Below, piece after piece: positions 20,155 through 29,968 of a DNA stretch of 64,000 nt (positions are counted from its first letter, which is position 1; each line of letters opens with the position of its first letter). Origin of the DNA: an uncultured Acidobacteriota bacterium. Its GTDB lineage: Bacteria; Acidobacteriota; UBA6911. The notes beneath the pieces are model-generated. The model was not told the origin of the DNA and searched no databases. It saw nothing but the letters and a program-made list of their open reading frames with translations. The translations under genes were made by a program, and so were the position numbers. The DNA lies in the NCBI GenBank assembly GCA_963809485.1, contig CAWEJX010000001.1, positions 96,001-160,000 on the forward strand. The letters are read 5' to 3'.

Positions 20155-20238
20155 TCCGAGGAAGCCAAAACGGCAAACGCGGATTTTGCAGCGCGCCTGA
20201 AGAGCAGAAGTTGCAGCCGGGAGGTTTTATTACAGAAT

Positions 20239-20904
20239 ATGAAAGACACCCTGATTGAAAAAGCGACACCTCCATCGCCGGTTTTCGGGAGACTTTCGCA
20301 GTCTGCAGGCCCATCCGATGTTGCCCGGCCCCAGCCGGATCATGGGAGGCAGAAAATCCTCATCCTGCAATCAGCAGAGCCTGTCTATGTGCTCAAAGCC
20401 ATGGAAGCGCTGAGAGAACAATCGCTTCATCAAAATCCCAGCTACACGGTTTTTTGCCGCAGCCAGCAGGAATCGATCGAGAGCTTTCAGGGGCACCCTA
20501 TGCTGGACCACATGCTGGTGCATTCGGAAACGCGCGGCAGCTGGGCCCACCTCCGGAATCTGAGACGGGCGCGATTCGACACAGCGGTGCTTTTCCTGAC
20601 AGGCGATCCTGGCTATTGGAAGGTGAAACTTTTTGCCTTCCTGCTCGGAGCGAAGCGCAAGTTGGTGTTCGACGAAACCGGGGATTGTTTTTTCTTTGGT
20701 TTCCGCCGGTGGATTAGGCTTATTGCCCGGAGGATGAGAGAGCGGCCTCCAAGGGAGGCACAATCCCGCTGCCTGAATACAGCATTTGCGCTGTTATTCA
20801 CGCTGCTGAAGGTGATTGTCCTGCCCTTCCGGTTCGTGTGGCTGCTCCTTGTCTGGATCCGGCTTCGTCAAGGCGGGTGGAAAGCATCCGGGGTGGAGTC
20901 ATGA
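20239..20904 (+). CDS. Hypothetical protein, paralogous to the N-terminal domain of 14213-17020
   Basis: Shares ILILQSAEP and TGDPxYWK.K.F..L.GA.RKLV motifs; stop overlaps the next gene's start. Confidence 0.7.
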   Translation: MKDTLIEKATPPSPVFGRLSQSAGPSDVARPQPDHGRQKILILQSAEPVYVLKAMEALREQSLHQNPSYTVFCRSQQESIESFQGHPMLDHMLVHSETRGSWAHLRNLRRARFDTAVLFLTGDPGYWKVKLFAFLLGAKRKLVFDETGDCFFFGFRRWIRLIARRMRERPPREAQSRCLNTAFALLFTLLKVIVLPFRFVWLLLVWIRLRQGGWKASGVES

Positions 20905-22052
20905 ATTTCAGGCTCGATTGCCGCTATTTTGAAGGGCTGAAACCATGCCGGTTCCGTCGCGAGTGCCCGGGCTGTGAGCATTATGCCCCTTTTGGGAAGA
21001 GGATTCTGATTATCAAGCTGGCGGCGATGGGAGATGTGTTGCGGACAACCCCCTTGTTGCGGGGGCTGCGCGCAGGAGATCCGGGCTGCCACCTCACATG
21101 GCTCACTGAGGCGAATGTCATCCCTCTGCTTCAAGGAATTCCCGAAATCGACCGGCTTCTGCCATATTCTTACGAGACTATTCTCCAATTGGAAATGGAA
21201 ACGTTTGACGAGATCTGCTGTTTTGACAAGGAGCCCAAAGCCGCCGCGCTGGCCATGAAACTGCGATCGGGGCGCAAGATCGGATTCGGCATGAGCCCTT
21301 ACGGGAGCATTATTCCTTTGAACGAAGGATCCGAATATGCCTATCAATTGGGGATCGACGATCCTTTGAAATTTCGCGTCAATACAAAAACATACCAGGA
21401 ACTAATTTATGAATGCACGGGAATTCCCCATCCCGAACCGCAGGAATACTGCCTTTCGGATTTGTCGACAGAAATCAGAGCAGAAAGAAGGATCCTGCAT
21501 TCCATAGGCGTGCCTCCCGCAGGCCTCAAGATTGGACTCAATACCGGCGCCGGGGAACTCTTCGCCAGCAAAAAGTGGACAGAAGAGGGCTATGCCCGGC
21601 TTGCCGACCGGCTGATAGAGGAACTGGGCGCCAGGGTATTGCTGTTGGGCGGACCGGAGGAAGTGGAACGGAATATGCGGATCGCGGCGGCGGCCCGTCA
21701 TACGCTGGTAAACACCGGCAACGGCAATCCTATACGGGAGTTCGCAGGAATCGTGGGGAACTGCAGCCTCATAGTAACCGGAGACACGCTGGCGCTGCAC
21801 ATAGCGATCGGTCTCAGAGTTCCCGTTGTCGCCATTTTCGGCCCAACTTGCCACCAGGAGATCGAGTTCTATGGCCGCGGGGCCAAAATCACTTCAGGGT
21901 TTGAATGCAGCCCCTGCTACCTGGGCACCTGCCCGAGGGAATTCACCTGCATGGATGCGATTGCCGCAGACGAGGTTTTCCGGGTCACGAAGAAACTTGT
22001 CAGTGATTTGCAGTTGACCGGTGGAAACCGGCCTCAATCCCAAAAGGTATAA
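20901..22052 (+). CDS. Glycosyltransferase family 9 (LPS heptosyltransferase-like)
   Basis: ILIIKLAAMGDVLRTTP, KKW, VTGDTLALHIA, AIFGPT and C-terminal CSPC motifs. Confidence 0.88.
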   Translation: MNFRLDCRYFEGLKPCRFRRECPGCEHYAPFGKRILIIKLAAMGDVLRTTPLLRGLRAGDPGCHLTWLTEANVIPLLQGIPEIDRLLPYSYETILQLEMETFDEICCFDKEPKAAALAMKLRSGRKIGFGMSPYGSIIPLNEGSEYAYQLGIDDPLKFRVNTKTYQELIYECTGIPHPEPQEYCLSDLSTEIRAERRILHSIGVPPAGLKIGLNTGAGELFASKKWTEEGYARLADRLIEELGARVLLLGGPEEVERNMRIAAAARHTLVNTGNGNPIREFAGIVGNCSLIVTGDTLALHIAIGLRVPVVAIFGPTCHQEIEFYGRGAKITSGFECSPCYLGTCPREFTCMDAIAADEVFRVTKKLVSDLQLTGGNRPQSQKV

Positions 22053-22717
22053 CGAAAGATGAAATAGATGGCGGCGACGCCGTCCTTCCAGCCGATCTTC
22101 TTTCCCTCGGAATAATCGCGGCCGCTGTAGGATATCGGCACTTCATAGATCCGGAACCGGGCTTTGCCCACCTTTGCGGTAAATTCGGGCTCAAAGCCGA
22201 ACCGGTTTTCCCGAAGCGTAATTTTTTTCAGGATATCGGCGCGGAAGACCTTATAGCAGGTTTCCATGTCGGTGAGGTTCAGATCGGTTAGCATGTTCGA
22301 CAGTGTTGTCAGGAAGCGGTTCCCCACCGAATGCCAGAAAAGCAGGACACGGTGAGGCCCTCCCAAAAAGCGCGAACCGAAAACCACATCGGCCTTGTTG
22401 GCGAGGATGGGCTGCATCAGGGCCGGGTATTCCGCCGGATCGTACTCGAGATCCGCGTCCTGGATCACGATAATATCTCCGGACACGGAAGAAAATCCTT
22501 TGCGCAGCGCTGCCCCTTTCCCCGCATTCTGAGGCTGCAGTATGATTTTCAGATCATCCGACGGAGGCAACGTCTGGAGAATTTCACGGGTTCCATCCGT
22601 GGAGCAATCGTCCACGACGATGATTTCTTTCTCCAGCTTTACGTCGCGCACGCGGTCGATGACGTACAGAATCGTGTTCTTCTCGTTGTAAACCGGTATG
22701 ACCACCGAGAGTTTCAT
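22034..22717 (-). CDS. GT2, polyprenol-phosphate glycosyltransferase (DPM synthase-like)
   Basis: SVVIPVYNE, VDDCSTDG, QDADLEYDP, TDMETCYK and GKKIGWKDG motifs. Confidence 0.88.
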   Translation of the reverse strand: MKLSVVIPVYNEKNTILYVIDRVRDVKLEKEIIVVDDCSTDGTREILQTLPPSDDLKIILQPQNAGKGAALRKGFSSVSGDIIVIQDADLEYDPAEYPALMQPILANKADVVFGSRFLGGPHRVLLFWHSVGNRFLTTLSNMLTDLNLTDMETCYKVFRADILKKITLRENRFGFEPEFTAKVGKARFRIYEVPISYSGRDYSEGKKIGWKDGVAAIYFIFRYTFWD

Positions 22718-22859
22718 ATCGCAGCCCCCGAAAAATGGCTATAATAGCCCGTGATTACAAACGGATAAACAGAGATATTAAGAACATAGATGTCTGTACC
22801 ATCCGGCATGCCCGATCCGTAAGATTCTACAGACTACTTGTTTTTCACCTGCGAAATCC

Positions 22860-23894
22860 ATGCCGAATTTGCCTCTCGTATCGATTGTCATCCCGAATCA
22901 GGACGGTTGCGCATACCTGGAAAACTGCCTGCGATCGCTGCTGGCCCAGTCCTATGCCAAAATGGAAATTGTCATCGTGGATAACGCCTCCCGCGACCGC
23001 TCTGTCGAAATTGCCCGCGCCATGGCACCGCAGGCGGTTCTGCTGGAGCAGAAACGGAACCTCGGGTTCGCCGGTGGAGCCAACGCCGGAATACGGGTCT
23101 CAAGGGGAGACTGGGTGGCTGTCCTCAACAACGATACCGAAGTGGCAATGGACTGGCTGCTGGAATGTGTGCGCGCCATCCAGAATTACCCGGATGCCGG
23201 CTTTCTGGCCTGCAGGATCCTTAATTTCAGCAAACGCCGCCATATATACAGTGCGGGGGACTGTATCCTGCGTGCAGGCATAGGCTACCGGAGAGGCCAG
23301 GATCAGCAGGACAGGGTGCACTATCGCGAGGAATGCGAAATATTCGCTGCGTCCGGATGTGCGGCCCTGTACCACCGGCAGGCGCTTGAAGAACTCGGGG
23401 GCTACGATGAACGCTTTTTTGCCTATCTTGAAGACGTCGACCTCGGGTTGAGGCTTCGGGCCGCAGGCTACCGCGGCTATTACGTTCCGCGGGCTGAAGT
23501 CTATCACCATGGGGCGGCAACAAGCGGAGGGGAGTTTTCACCTCTGGCTGTGCGGCTGCGCACCCGCAACTCCCTTTTTGTGCTGATCAAGAGCATCCCC
23601 GCATCCATATTGCTGCGGTGCTTCCCGATGATATTCCTTGCGCAGCTATGGTGGCTGATGCGTGCCGCGGCCCATAAGCGGTTGCCTCAATATGCCAGGG
23701 GTGTGGCGGAAGCACTCCGGTTTGCGCCGGCAATGCTCGGAGACCGCGCCCGGCTGCGCCCATACTGGCGAAAGTCAAGAGCGAGGCTCTGGCAGGAGAT
23801 CCTTAAATCCGAATCGCTGGCGCGCAGGGATTTCGCGCCTGCACCGGAAGAGCCGGTTTCCCTGTTTTTAAAGTGGTATTTCCGCCTGTTTTGA
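22860..23894 (+). CDS. Glycosyltransferase family 2
   Basis: VDNASRD, NLGFAGGAN, LNNDT and FAYLEDVDL motifs. Confidence 0.9.
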   Translation: MPNLPLVSIVIPNQDGCAYLENCLRSLLAQSYAKMEIVIVDNASRDRSVEIARAMAPQAVLLEQKRNLGFAGGANAGIRVSRGDWVAVLNNDTEVAMDWLLECVRAIQNYPDAGFLACRILNFSKRRHIYSAGDCILRAGIGYRRGQDQQDRVHYREECEIFAASGCAALYHRQALEELGGYDERFFAYLEDVDLGLRLRAAGYRGYYVPRAEVYHHGAATSGGEFSPLAVRLRTRNSLFVLIKSIPASILLRCFPMIFLAQLWWLMRAAAHKRLPQYARGVAEALRFAPAMLGDRARLRPYWRKSRARLWQEILKSESLARRDFAPAPEEPVSLFLKWYFRLF

Positions 23895-23898
23895 TTTG

Positions 23899-24280
23899 AG
23901 TCAGGTACCTCCGGCAAAGCCGGAGGCTTGAAAGATTTGAACCGCTCAAAGCGGTTGGAGGAGTTGCGCCGGTCTTGAACGCTGACTTACGCGGGCAAAA
24001 GCCGATGAGGCGCTTCCGATCCCCGCAGAGGCAAGCGCTCCGCGCTGGACAGTTTTCTGCGGCGGCACTGTGGCAAGCGCCGTGCGGCAAGGAGATGAAG
24101 GGTATGAGAAACCGGGCGTTTGCCACAGTGCCGCCGCAGAAAACGCCATCGGAAGCGCCTCATCGGCTTTTGCTCGCCGAACAAATCGGCGTTTGTCAGC
24201 GCTTTTATCAGCGTTTCAAAATATGGAGCTGTCAAACTCTTTGAGTCCCCCGGCAGAGCCGGGGGTTTGCCCATGTAATT
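23899..24280 (-). mobile_element. Non-autonomous IS200/IS605-like element, family A copy 2 (full nested palindromes)
   Basis: Terminal hairpins CCTCCGGCAAAGCCGGAGG and CCCCCGGCAGAGCCGGGGG; internal 26-bp and 30-bp inverted repeats. Confidence 0.8.
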
Positions 24281-24315
24281 AAGAACCGGAGCCTAGTGAA
24301 GGGCCAGGAGGCCGG

Positions 24316-25245
24316 GTGGTTTCGATTATTATAGTAAATTGGAATTCTGGAAGGCTGCTGGAAAACTGTGTGCAGTCGCTGATCGGAAATGCAGCGGGAT
24401 GCCAGATTGTGATCGTCGATAACGCCTCCACGGATTCCAGTCTGGCATTTTTGGAAAGCACGGGGGGAGATGTCTCTCTACTGCGGAACCGCCGTAATAT
24501 CGGCTTTGCAGCCGCGAACAATCTCGGATGGCGGGAGAGCAAAGGTGCCAGCATCCTATTTCTCAACCCCGACACGGAAAGCCTCCATGGGTCTGTCGAA
24601 CTCCTGGACAGCACCCTCTCTGCAGACCATGGAGTTTGGGCGGCGGGCGGCCACCTTGTAAGTCCATCCGGGCAGCTCCAATCGGATTTCAATGTGCGGC
24701 CGTTTCCCACCGTCGGGAGAGTAGCGGCAGATATGCTGTTTCTTGACGAAATCCTGCATTGCGGCCCACGGAAACGCGCCGGTCGGGTGGCGCAGGGCGA
24801 CGTCGCGATGGATGTGGACCAGCCGGCAGCCGCATGTCTGATGGTTAAGAGAACGGCTCTGGAATCTGCCGGAGGCTTCGACGAAAGCTTTCGCCCCGCG
24901 TGGTTTGAGGACGTGGATCTCTGCAAACGCATTCGCAACCAGGGCGGGCGGATAAGGTATGTGCCTGGGGCGCGCTTCATTCATCATGGAAGTTACAGCC
25001 TCAGCCGGATGTCCAGGCAGGACTTTCTAGAATCTTTTCATTCAAACCAGATCCGCTATTTCCGCAAGCATCACGGACCGCGCATTGCGGCCCGTGTCAA
25101 AAAAATTGTTGTGCTGGGGCTGTTTTTGCGAAGCGCGATTTCGGTAGCCTATCCGCTGGCGCCCGGTTTGTCGCGGCTCTCGTCGGCGCGAGCTTTCTGG
25201 ATAGCCGCCAGGCGCATCGGAAAGCTTCCCGAGGTGGCGGCATGA
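24316..25245 (+). CDS. Glycosyltransferase family 2 (rhamnosyltransferase-like)
   Basis: VSIIIVNWN, VDNASTD, FLNPD and WFEDVDLC motifs. Confidence 0.88.
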   Translation: MVSIIIVNWNSGRLLENCVQSLIGNAAGCQIVIVDNASTDSSLAFLESTGGDVSLLRNRRNIGFAAANNLGWRESKGASILFLNPDTESLHGSVELLDSTLSADHGVWAAGGHLVSPSGQLQSDFNVRPFPTVGRVAADMLFLDEILHCGPRKRAGRVAQGDVAMDVDQPAAACLMVKRTALESAGGFDESFRPAWFEDVDLCKRIRNQGGRIRYVPGARFIHHGSYSLSRMSRQDFLESFHSNQIRYFRKHHGPRIAARVKKIVVLGLFLRSAISVAYPLAPGLSRLSSARAFWIAARRIGKLPEVAA

Positions 25246-26258
25246 GCGCCAGGCTGCTGATCAGCATCGTAACCTTCAACTCGGGAACCCGCCTGGGACT
25301 CTGTCTTGAAAGCCTGAAGAGGCAGACCTTTCGCGATTTCTGCGTTTGCCTGTGGGACAACGCTTCCGTGGATGAGACCTCCTCGATCATCGCCGCGCAC
25401 AGGGATGTTTTGGAATCCGCCTGTTTTTCGAAAAGCAACCTGGGATTTTGCTCTGCACACAATCGCCTGATCTCTTCGACACCGTCGGAATATGTGCTGG
25501 TGCTGAATCCGGATGTTGTGCTTGAAGCGCGTTTCCTGGAAATCCTGATCCGGGCAATGGAAGAGGATGCGCGAGCCGGGTCGGCGACCGGCAAATTGCT
25601 GCGCTGGCCGCCGGAGACTCATAATCCTGAATCCCCTCAGGGAGCTTCTGCCAGGATCCTGGACAGTACGGGAATATACATCACTCCGAACCAACGCCAT
25701 TTTGATCGGGGCTCCGGTGAAATGGATACGGGGCAGTATGACAGACGGGATTATGTCTTCGGAGCTACCGGAGCCGCGGCGCTATATCGGCGCGCCATGC
25801 TGCAGGAAATTCAGGAAGAAGGCGAATACTTCGATGAAAGCTTTTTTGCCTATCGGGAGGACGTAGATCTGGCCTGGCGGGCTCAGTGGATGGGGTGGCG
25901 TTGCCTGTACGTCCCCGGCGCCAGGGGCTATCATGAGAGAAAGGTGCTGCCCGAGCGGCGTCCGGCGTTGCCCCGGATCGTTAATATGCACTCGTTTAAA
26001 AATCGATTCCTTCTGCGCATTAAAAACATGGATCCTGGAACCTATGCCCGGTTTTTCCTCCCGATCACGCTGCGGGACATCGGAATATTCGGATATGTCC
26101 TGATCCGTGAATGGCCTTCCCTGACCGGTATCCCGATGATCATACGGGCTATTCCCAGGTCATGGGCCCGCCGCAAATCCTTGTTTCATCGCCGGAGGTT
26201 GGCACCTGCAGAGATGCGCTCCTGGTTTTCCTACCGTCCCGTGGCAAAAGACCACTGA
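25242..26258 (+). CDS. Glycosyltransferase family 2
   Basis: WDNASVD, LNPDV and FFAYREDVDLAWR motifs. Confidence 0.88.
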   Translation: MSARLLISIVTFNSGTRLGLCLESLKRQTFRDFCVCLWDNASVDETSSIIAAHRDVLESACFSKSNLGFCSAHNRLISSTPSEYVLVLNPDVVLEARFLEILIRAMEEDARAGSATGKLLRWPPETHNPESPQGASARILDSTGIYITPNQRHFDRGSGEMDTGQYDRRDYVFGATGAAALYRRAMLQEIQEEGEYFDESFFAYREDVDLAWRAQWMGWRCLYVPGARGYHERKVLPERRPALPRIVNMHSFKNRFLLRIKNMDPGTYARFFLPITLRDIGIFGYVLIREWPSLTGIPMIIRAIPRSWARRKSLFHRRRLAPAEMRSWFSYRPVAKDH

Positions 26259-26389
26259 AACCATAGCCGCTGAAACCAATCGACAATCGACTCATGAGAA
26301 TTCCTTGGAACCTGGAGGATTCGAGGTCAACGCAGCCGACATCCTAGTCTCAACGGCAATGGATCTCCCCCACGATATGCAAAAACGGA

Positions 26390-27448
26390 CTAGCAGAGCC
26401 TAAGGTCGGCTGAGGCGTTGAGGTCGAGGTTGAGGGGAGAAGGCTGCTGCAGCTTCGGCGTGCCGGCGGCCGCAATCATTGCGGCGTTATCCGTAGTCAA
26501 GTCAATGCTGGGATAATAAACTCGCACCAGAGGAATGCCTCTGACATCCTGACTGCATTCCTCAAAAGCCTTTTTGAAGGTCTTCCTCAACAAGGAATTG
26601 CAGGCCACGCCCCCGACCAGGAGGATCGAGCGCGGCTGCAAAAGGGACTGGGCCTTCCGTGTCTGGGAAACCAGGGTGTTCACAATAGCCTGTTGGTAGC
26701 TGGCGACAAGGTCCAGTATCGTCCGCGAGATCTTCGCCCCGGGGCGGCGCGGCCTGATTCCCTTTTCCTGGATGTGACGCAGGGCTGCCGTCTTGAACCC
26801 GCTGAAACTGAAGTCCAGGCTGCCGTCACTTATCTTTGGAATAGAAAATGAGAAGCGGCTTGCGTCCCCATCCTTCGACAGCCTGTCGATAAGCGGTCCG
26901 CCGGGATAACCCAAGCCGAGAAATTTGGCGATTTTATCCAGCGCTTCTCCAGCCGCATCGTCTCGGGTCCTTCCGACAGATTGATACTTGCCAGGCGAGG
27001 GAGAGTGGATCAGGGATGTATGACCGCCGGAAACGGCCAAGGCCAGCACGGGGTATTCTATTTCCGTGTGCTCGATTAGGGCCGAATAGATATGCCCTTC
27101 GATATGATTGACGGGAACCAGCGGCTTGTGAATGGAGAAGGCCATCGCTTTGGCGAACGATACCCCAACCAGCAGGGATCCGATGAGCCCGGGCCCCTGA
27201 GTGACCGCGATGCCGTCGACATCCCCGTAAGCTTTGCCTGCTTCGGCAAAAGCCTGCCGGACGACGTAGCCTATATTGCGCAAATGCTCGCGGCTGGCCA
27301 GTTCCGGAACCACGCCTCCAAAGCTTCGGTGAGTCCGGACCTGTGAAGCTACCACGCTGGAGAGGATGCAGTGCCCGTCCTCTACGAGCGCGGCGGCCGT
27401 TTCATCGCACGAAGACTCTATTCCCAATACGAGCATTGTCGGTTTCAT
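26390..27448 (-). CDS. tsaD: tRNA N6-adenosine threonylcarbamoyltransferase
   Basis: LGIESSCDET, GGVVPELASREH, HIEGH, SGGHT and TDNAAMIA motifs. Confidence 0.96.
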   Translation of the reverse strand: MKPTMLVLGIESSCDETAAALVEDGHCILSSVVASQVRTHRSFGGVVPELASREHLRNIGYVVRQAFAEAGKAYGDVDGIAVTQGPGLIGSLLVGVSFAKAMAFSIHKPLVPVNHIEGHIYSALIEHTEIEYPVLALAVSGGHTSLIHSPSPGKYQSVGRTRDDAAGEALDKIAKFLGLGYPGGPLIDRLSKDGDASRFSFSIPKISDGSLDFSFSGFKTAALRHIQEKGIRPRRPGAKISRTILDLVASYQQAIVNTLVSQTRKAQSLLQPRSILLVGGVACNSLLRKTFKKAFEECSQDVRGIPLVRVYYPSIDLTTDNAAMIAAAGTPKLQQPSPLNLDLNASADLRLC

Positions 27449-27490
27449 CCTGCGAACCGCAATCTCAGCCCAGACGGCCCCCGGTTCGCC

Positions 27491-28525
27491 TTATTGCATC
27501 AATTTGCGCAACGAATTGCCAAATGGGGCCCGGGCAATTCCCCGGTCGGTGATAATGGCATGAACATAGCGGCCCGGCGTAACATCAAATGCCGGGTTGG
27601 CTACTCTGACATTAGACGGTGTAATGGCAATGCCCTTGATCTTGCGCACCTCATCCGGATCCCGCTCTTCAATCGGTATGTGGCTGCCGTCGGGGATGGA
27701 CAGGTCCAGTGTTGAAACGGGCGCGGCGACGTAAAATGGCACCCCGTTCTCTTTCGCGAGCACGGACAAAGGATAGGTGCCGATCTTGTTGGCCACATCG
27801 CCGTTGGCTGCAATCCGGTCCGCGCCCACCACGACGCAGTTGATATTCCCCTTCTGCAGAAAATAGCCTGCCATGTTATCCGTGATTACGGTGACCGGTA
27901 TGCCGTCCTTCTCCAGTTCCCATGCCGTCAGTCTCGCCCCTTGCAGAAAAGGCCGCGTTTCGTCTGCATAAACCTGGACATGCTTGCCTGCTTCAACAGC
28001 CGCCCGGATCACTCCGAGGGCGGTTCCATAGCCGGCTGTTGCCAGTGCCCCCGCGTTGCAGTGAGTCAGGACCTGAGCCTTATCGGGTATCAGTTCCTGC
28101 CCAAAACGCCCGATCCTCCGGTTGGCCTCGATGTCTTCGGAATGCATTTTGAGCGATTCCTGAACCAGCGCCCTGCGGATGGCCTGGACACCATTGCCCC
28201 GCTCCCTTTCGTAGACGGCTTTCATGCGCTCGACGGCCCAGGACAGGTTGATGGCCGTAGGGCGGGTCGCCCGTACGTCCGCACAAATGCGATCGAACGC
28301 CGCATCCAGCTCCGCGATATCCGCACAAGCAGCCTTCTGCACACCCAGTGCAACCCCCATGGCTGCGGCAATACCGATTGCAGGAGCGCCGCGGATCACC
28401 ATGCTCCGTATCGCCTCAGCAATTCCGGCATGATCCGTGTATGTATTATAGACTTCCTCGGCCGGCAGCAGCCGCTGGTCCAGCATCACCACGCCGGATT
28501 CGGTCCAATCGATCGTTCGTATCAT
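27491..28525 (-). CDS. mtnA: S-methyl-5-thioribose-1-phosphate isomerase
   Basis: [36 protein letters not shown] and NPAFDVTP motifs. Confidence 0.95.
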   Translation of the reverse strand: MIRTIDWTESGVVMLDQRLLPAEEVYNTYTDHAGIAEAIRSMVIRGAPAIGIAAAMGVALGVQKAACADIAELDAAFDRICADVRATRPTAINLSWAVERMKAVYERERGNGVQAIRRALVQESLKMHSEDIEANRRIGRFGQELIPDKAQVLTHCNAGALATAGYGTALGVIRAAVEAGKHVQVYADETRPFLQGARLTAWELEKDGIPVTVITDNMAGYFLQKGNINCVVVGADRIAANGDVANKIGTYPLSVLAKENGVPFYVAAPVSTLDLSIPDGSHIPIEERDPDEVRKIKGIAITPSNVRVANPAFDVTPGRYVHAIITDRGIARAPFGNSLRKLMQ

Positions 28526-28751
28526 TCGAATCCTCAAGAAAGGCGAAGTCTAGCGTAAGCGCCGAGTTTTTTGAAGACCTCCGGCAAGTAATTTGCGGCA
28601 GCCGATTCCGAAGGCGCCGTTTGTCAGCGTTCTTGTCAGCGCATGTCAGCGTTGCCTGATCCGAATTCCCGCAATCGCGCAGATAGAGATGCAGATTCTT
28701 TTGACAAATCCCGAATCCTGATGATATAAGTCCCTTTTTGTTGATCTCTGA

Positions 28752-28942
28752 AAAGCGAATGAGGTGCCCCGGTTGGGGTAAAAGGGAAGTGGGTGAGATT
28801 CCCACACGGTCCCGCCACTGTAATCGGAAAGCCCGGCATCTTTGGCCTTGGTAGCACCAAGCGCCCGCCACTCGTTTTATCAGCATAACGGGGAAGGCGA
28901 GATGCCCGGCAACGACCCGAAAGTCAGGAAACCTGCCTCTTC
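28752..28942 (+). ncRNA. Cobalamin riboswitch
   Basis: AAAGGGAA..CCCGCCACTGTAA..GCCACT..GGGAAGG..AAGTCAGGAAACCTGCC (B12 box) directly upstream of B12-type transporter genes. Confidence 0.92.
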
Positions 28943-28981
28943 GTCAACTTCAGCTAGCTCTTCGCGAGAAAGAGTACTGAA

Positions 28982-29968
28982 ATGCAGCTCAGTCATTCCT
29001 ACCGCACCAAGCTCTCAGGTTCCTCCGGAAATCTGCCTTCCAACCCAAAAAGCATTTCTGCTGCGTTCGCATGCATCCTGCTCTGCCTTGCGGGATCGGG
29101 CTGCCAAAGTAATCGCCAGGCTGGATCGCGGCATTTGCTTTCGGAAGCGGCGGAAAAAGTCTCCTATACGGACGGGATAGGAAGGCATGTGGATATCCGC
29201 AGGCATCCGCTGAAAATCATATCCCTTGCTCCGGATGTGACGGAGACGCTCTACCTGCTCGGGGCGCAGGACCGTCTTATCGGCAACACCACTCAATGCA
29301 CCTGGCCTGAGGCGGCAAAAAACAAACCCAAGGTGGGCGATCTTCTGAATCCAAACTACGAAGTCATCCTGGCGGCGAAGCCCGACCTTGTCATTTCATC
29401 CACGGCCGGCAATGACCGGGCGGCAGTCATGAAACTTGCCGCCCTGGGCCTCCCGGTTTATGTCGTAGCGCCGCGGAACGTGGACAGGATTTTTGAATCT
29501 GTCGAGCGGATCGGGCGCATTACCGATTGTGCCGACCGGGGGATTGAGCTTGTCGCCGATATGAAAGATCGGCTGGAAAGAATACGGCTCAGGATCGCGG
29601 GACTTCCCCCGGTGCGCGCCTTTTTTATCACCTGGTTTGATCCCCTGTTGGCGCCGGGAAAAACGACATTTGAGAATGACGTGCTGGGCCTGGCCGGAGT
29701 GATCTCAATTACGGCCGACATCCCGCAGTTTTATCCCCGGTACAGTCTTGAACAGCTCCTTGTAAAGAATCCGGATGCCATTATCACCGTCAAGCAGGAA
29801 GGGAATCCGATCCCCGAATTTAAGAGAATCGCCGGCTGGCGGGATCTGCGGGCTGTCCGGGAAGGAAGAATTTTCGTTTTGACGGAATTTCTTCAGCACC
29901 CCTCTCCCCTGTTCGTCAACGGCGTAGAGGAACTGGCACAGAAGCTCTATCCGGAGCGTTTTCGATGA
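28982..29968 (+). CDS. btuF: Cobalamin ABC transporter periplasmic binding lipoprotein
   Basis: IISLAPDVTETLYLLG helical-backbone binding fold, lipobox-like AGSGC, downstream of the riboswitch. Start uncertain. Confidence 0.8.
   Translation: MQLSHSYRTKLSGSSGNLPSNPKSISAAFACILLCLAGSGCQSNRQAGSRHLLSEAAEKVSYTDGIGRHVDIRRHPLKIISLAPDVTETLYLLGAQDRLIGNTTQCTWPEAAKNKPKVGDLLNPNYEVILAAKPDLVISSTAGNDRAAVMKLAALGLPVYVVAPRNVDRIFESVERIGRITDCADRGIELVADMKDRLERIRLRIAGLPPVRAFFITWFDPLLAPGKTTFENDVLGLAGVISITADIPQFYPRYSLEQLLVKNPDAIITVKQEGNPIPEFKRIAGWRDLRAVREGRIFVLTEFLQHPSPLFVNGVEELAQKLYPERFR

Noticed and set aside
23975-24244. Recurrent short ORFs starting MNADLRGQKP (17168, 23975, 34146, 49985)
   Set aside because: They are translations of the repeat element with TTG starts; frames diverge between copies and there is no HUH or other protein motif.
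23899-24280. Possible CRISPR array
   Set aside because: The repeats are dispersed or inverted, not regularly spaced direct repeats with unique spacers, and there are no cas genes.
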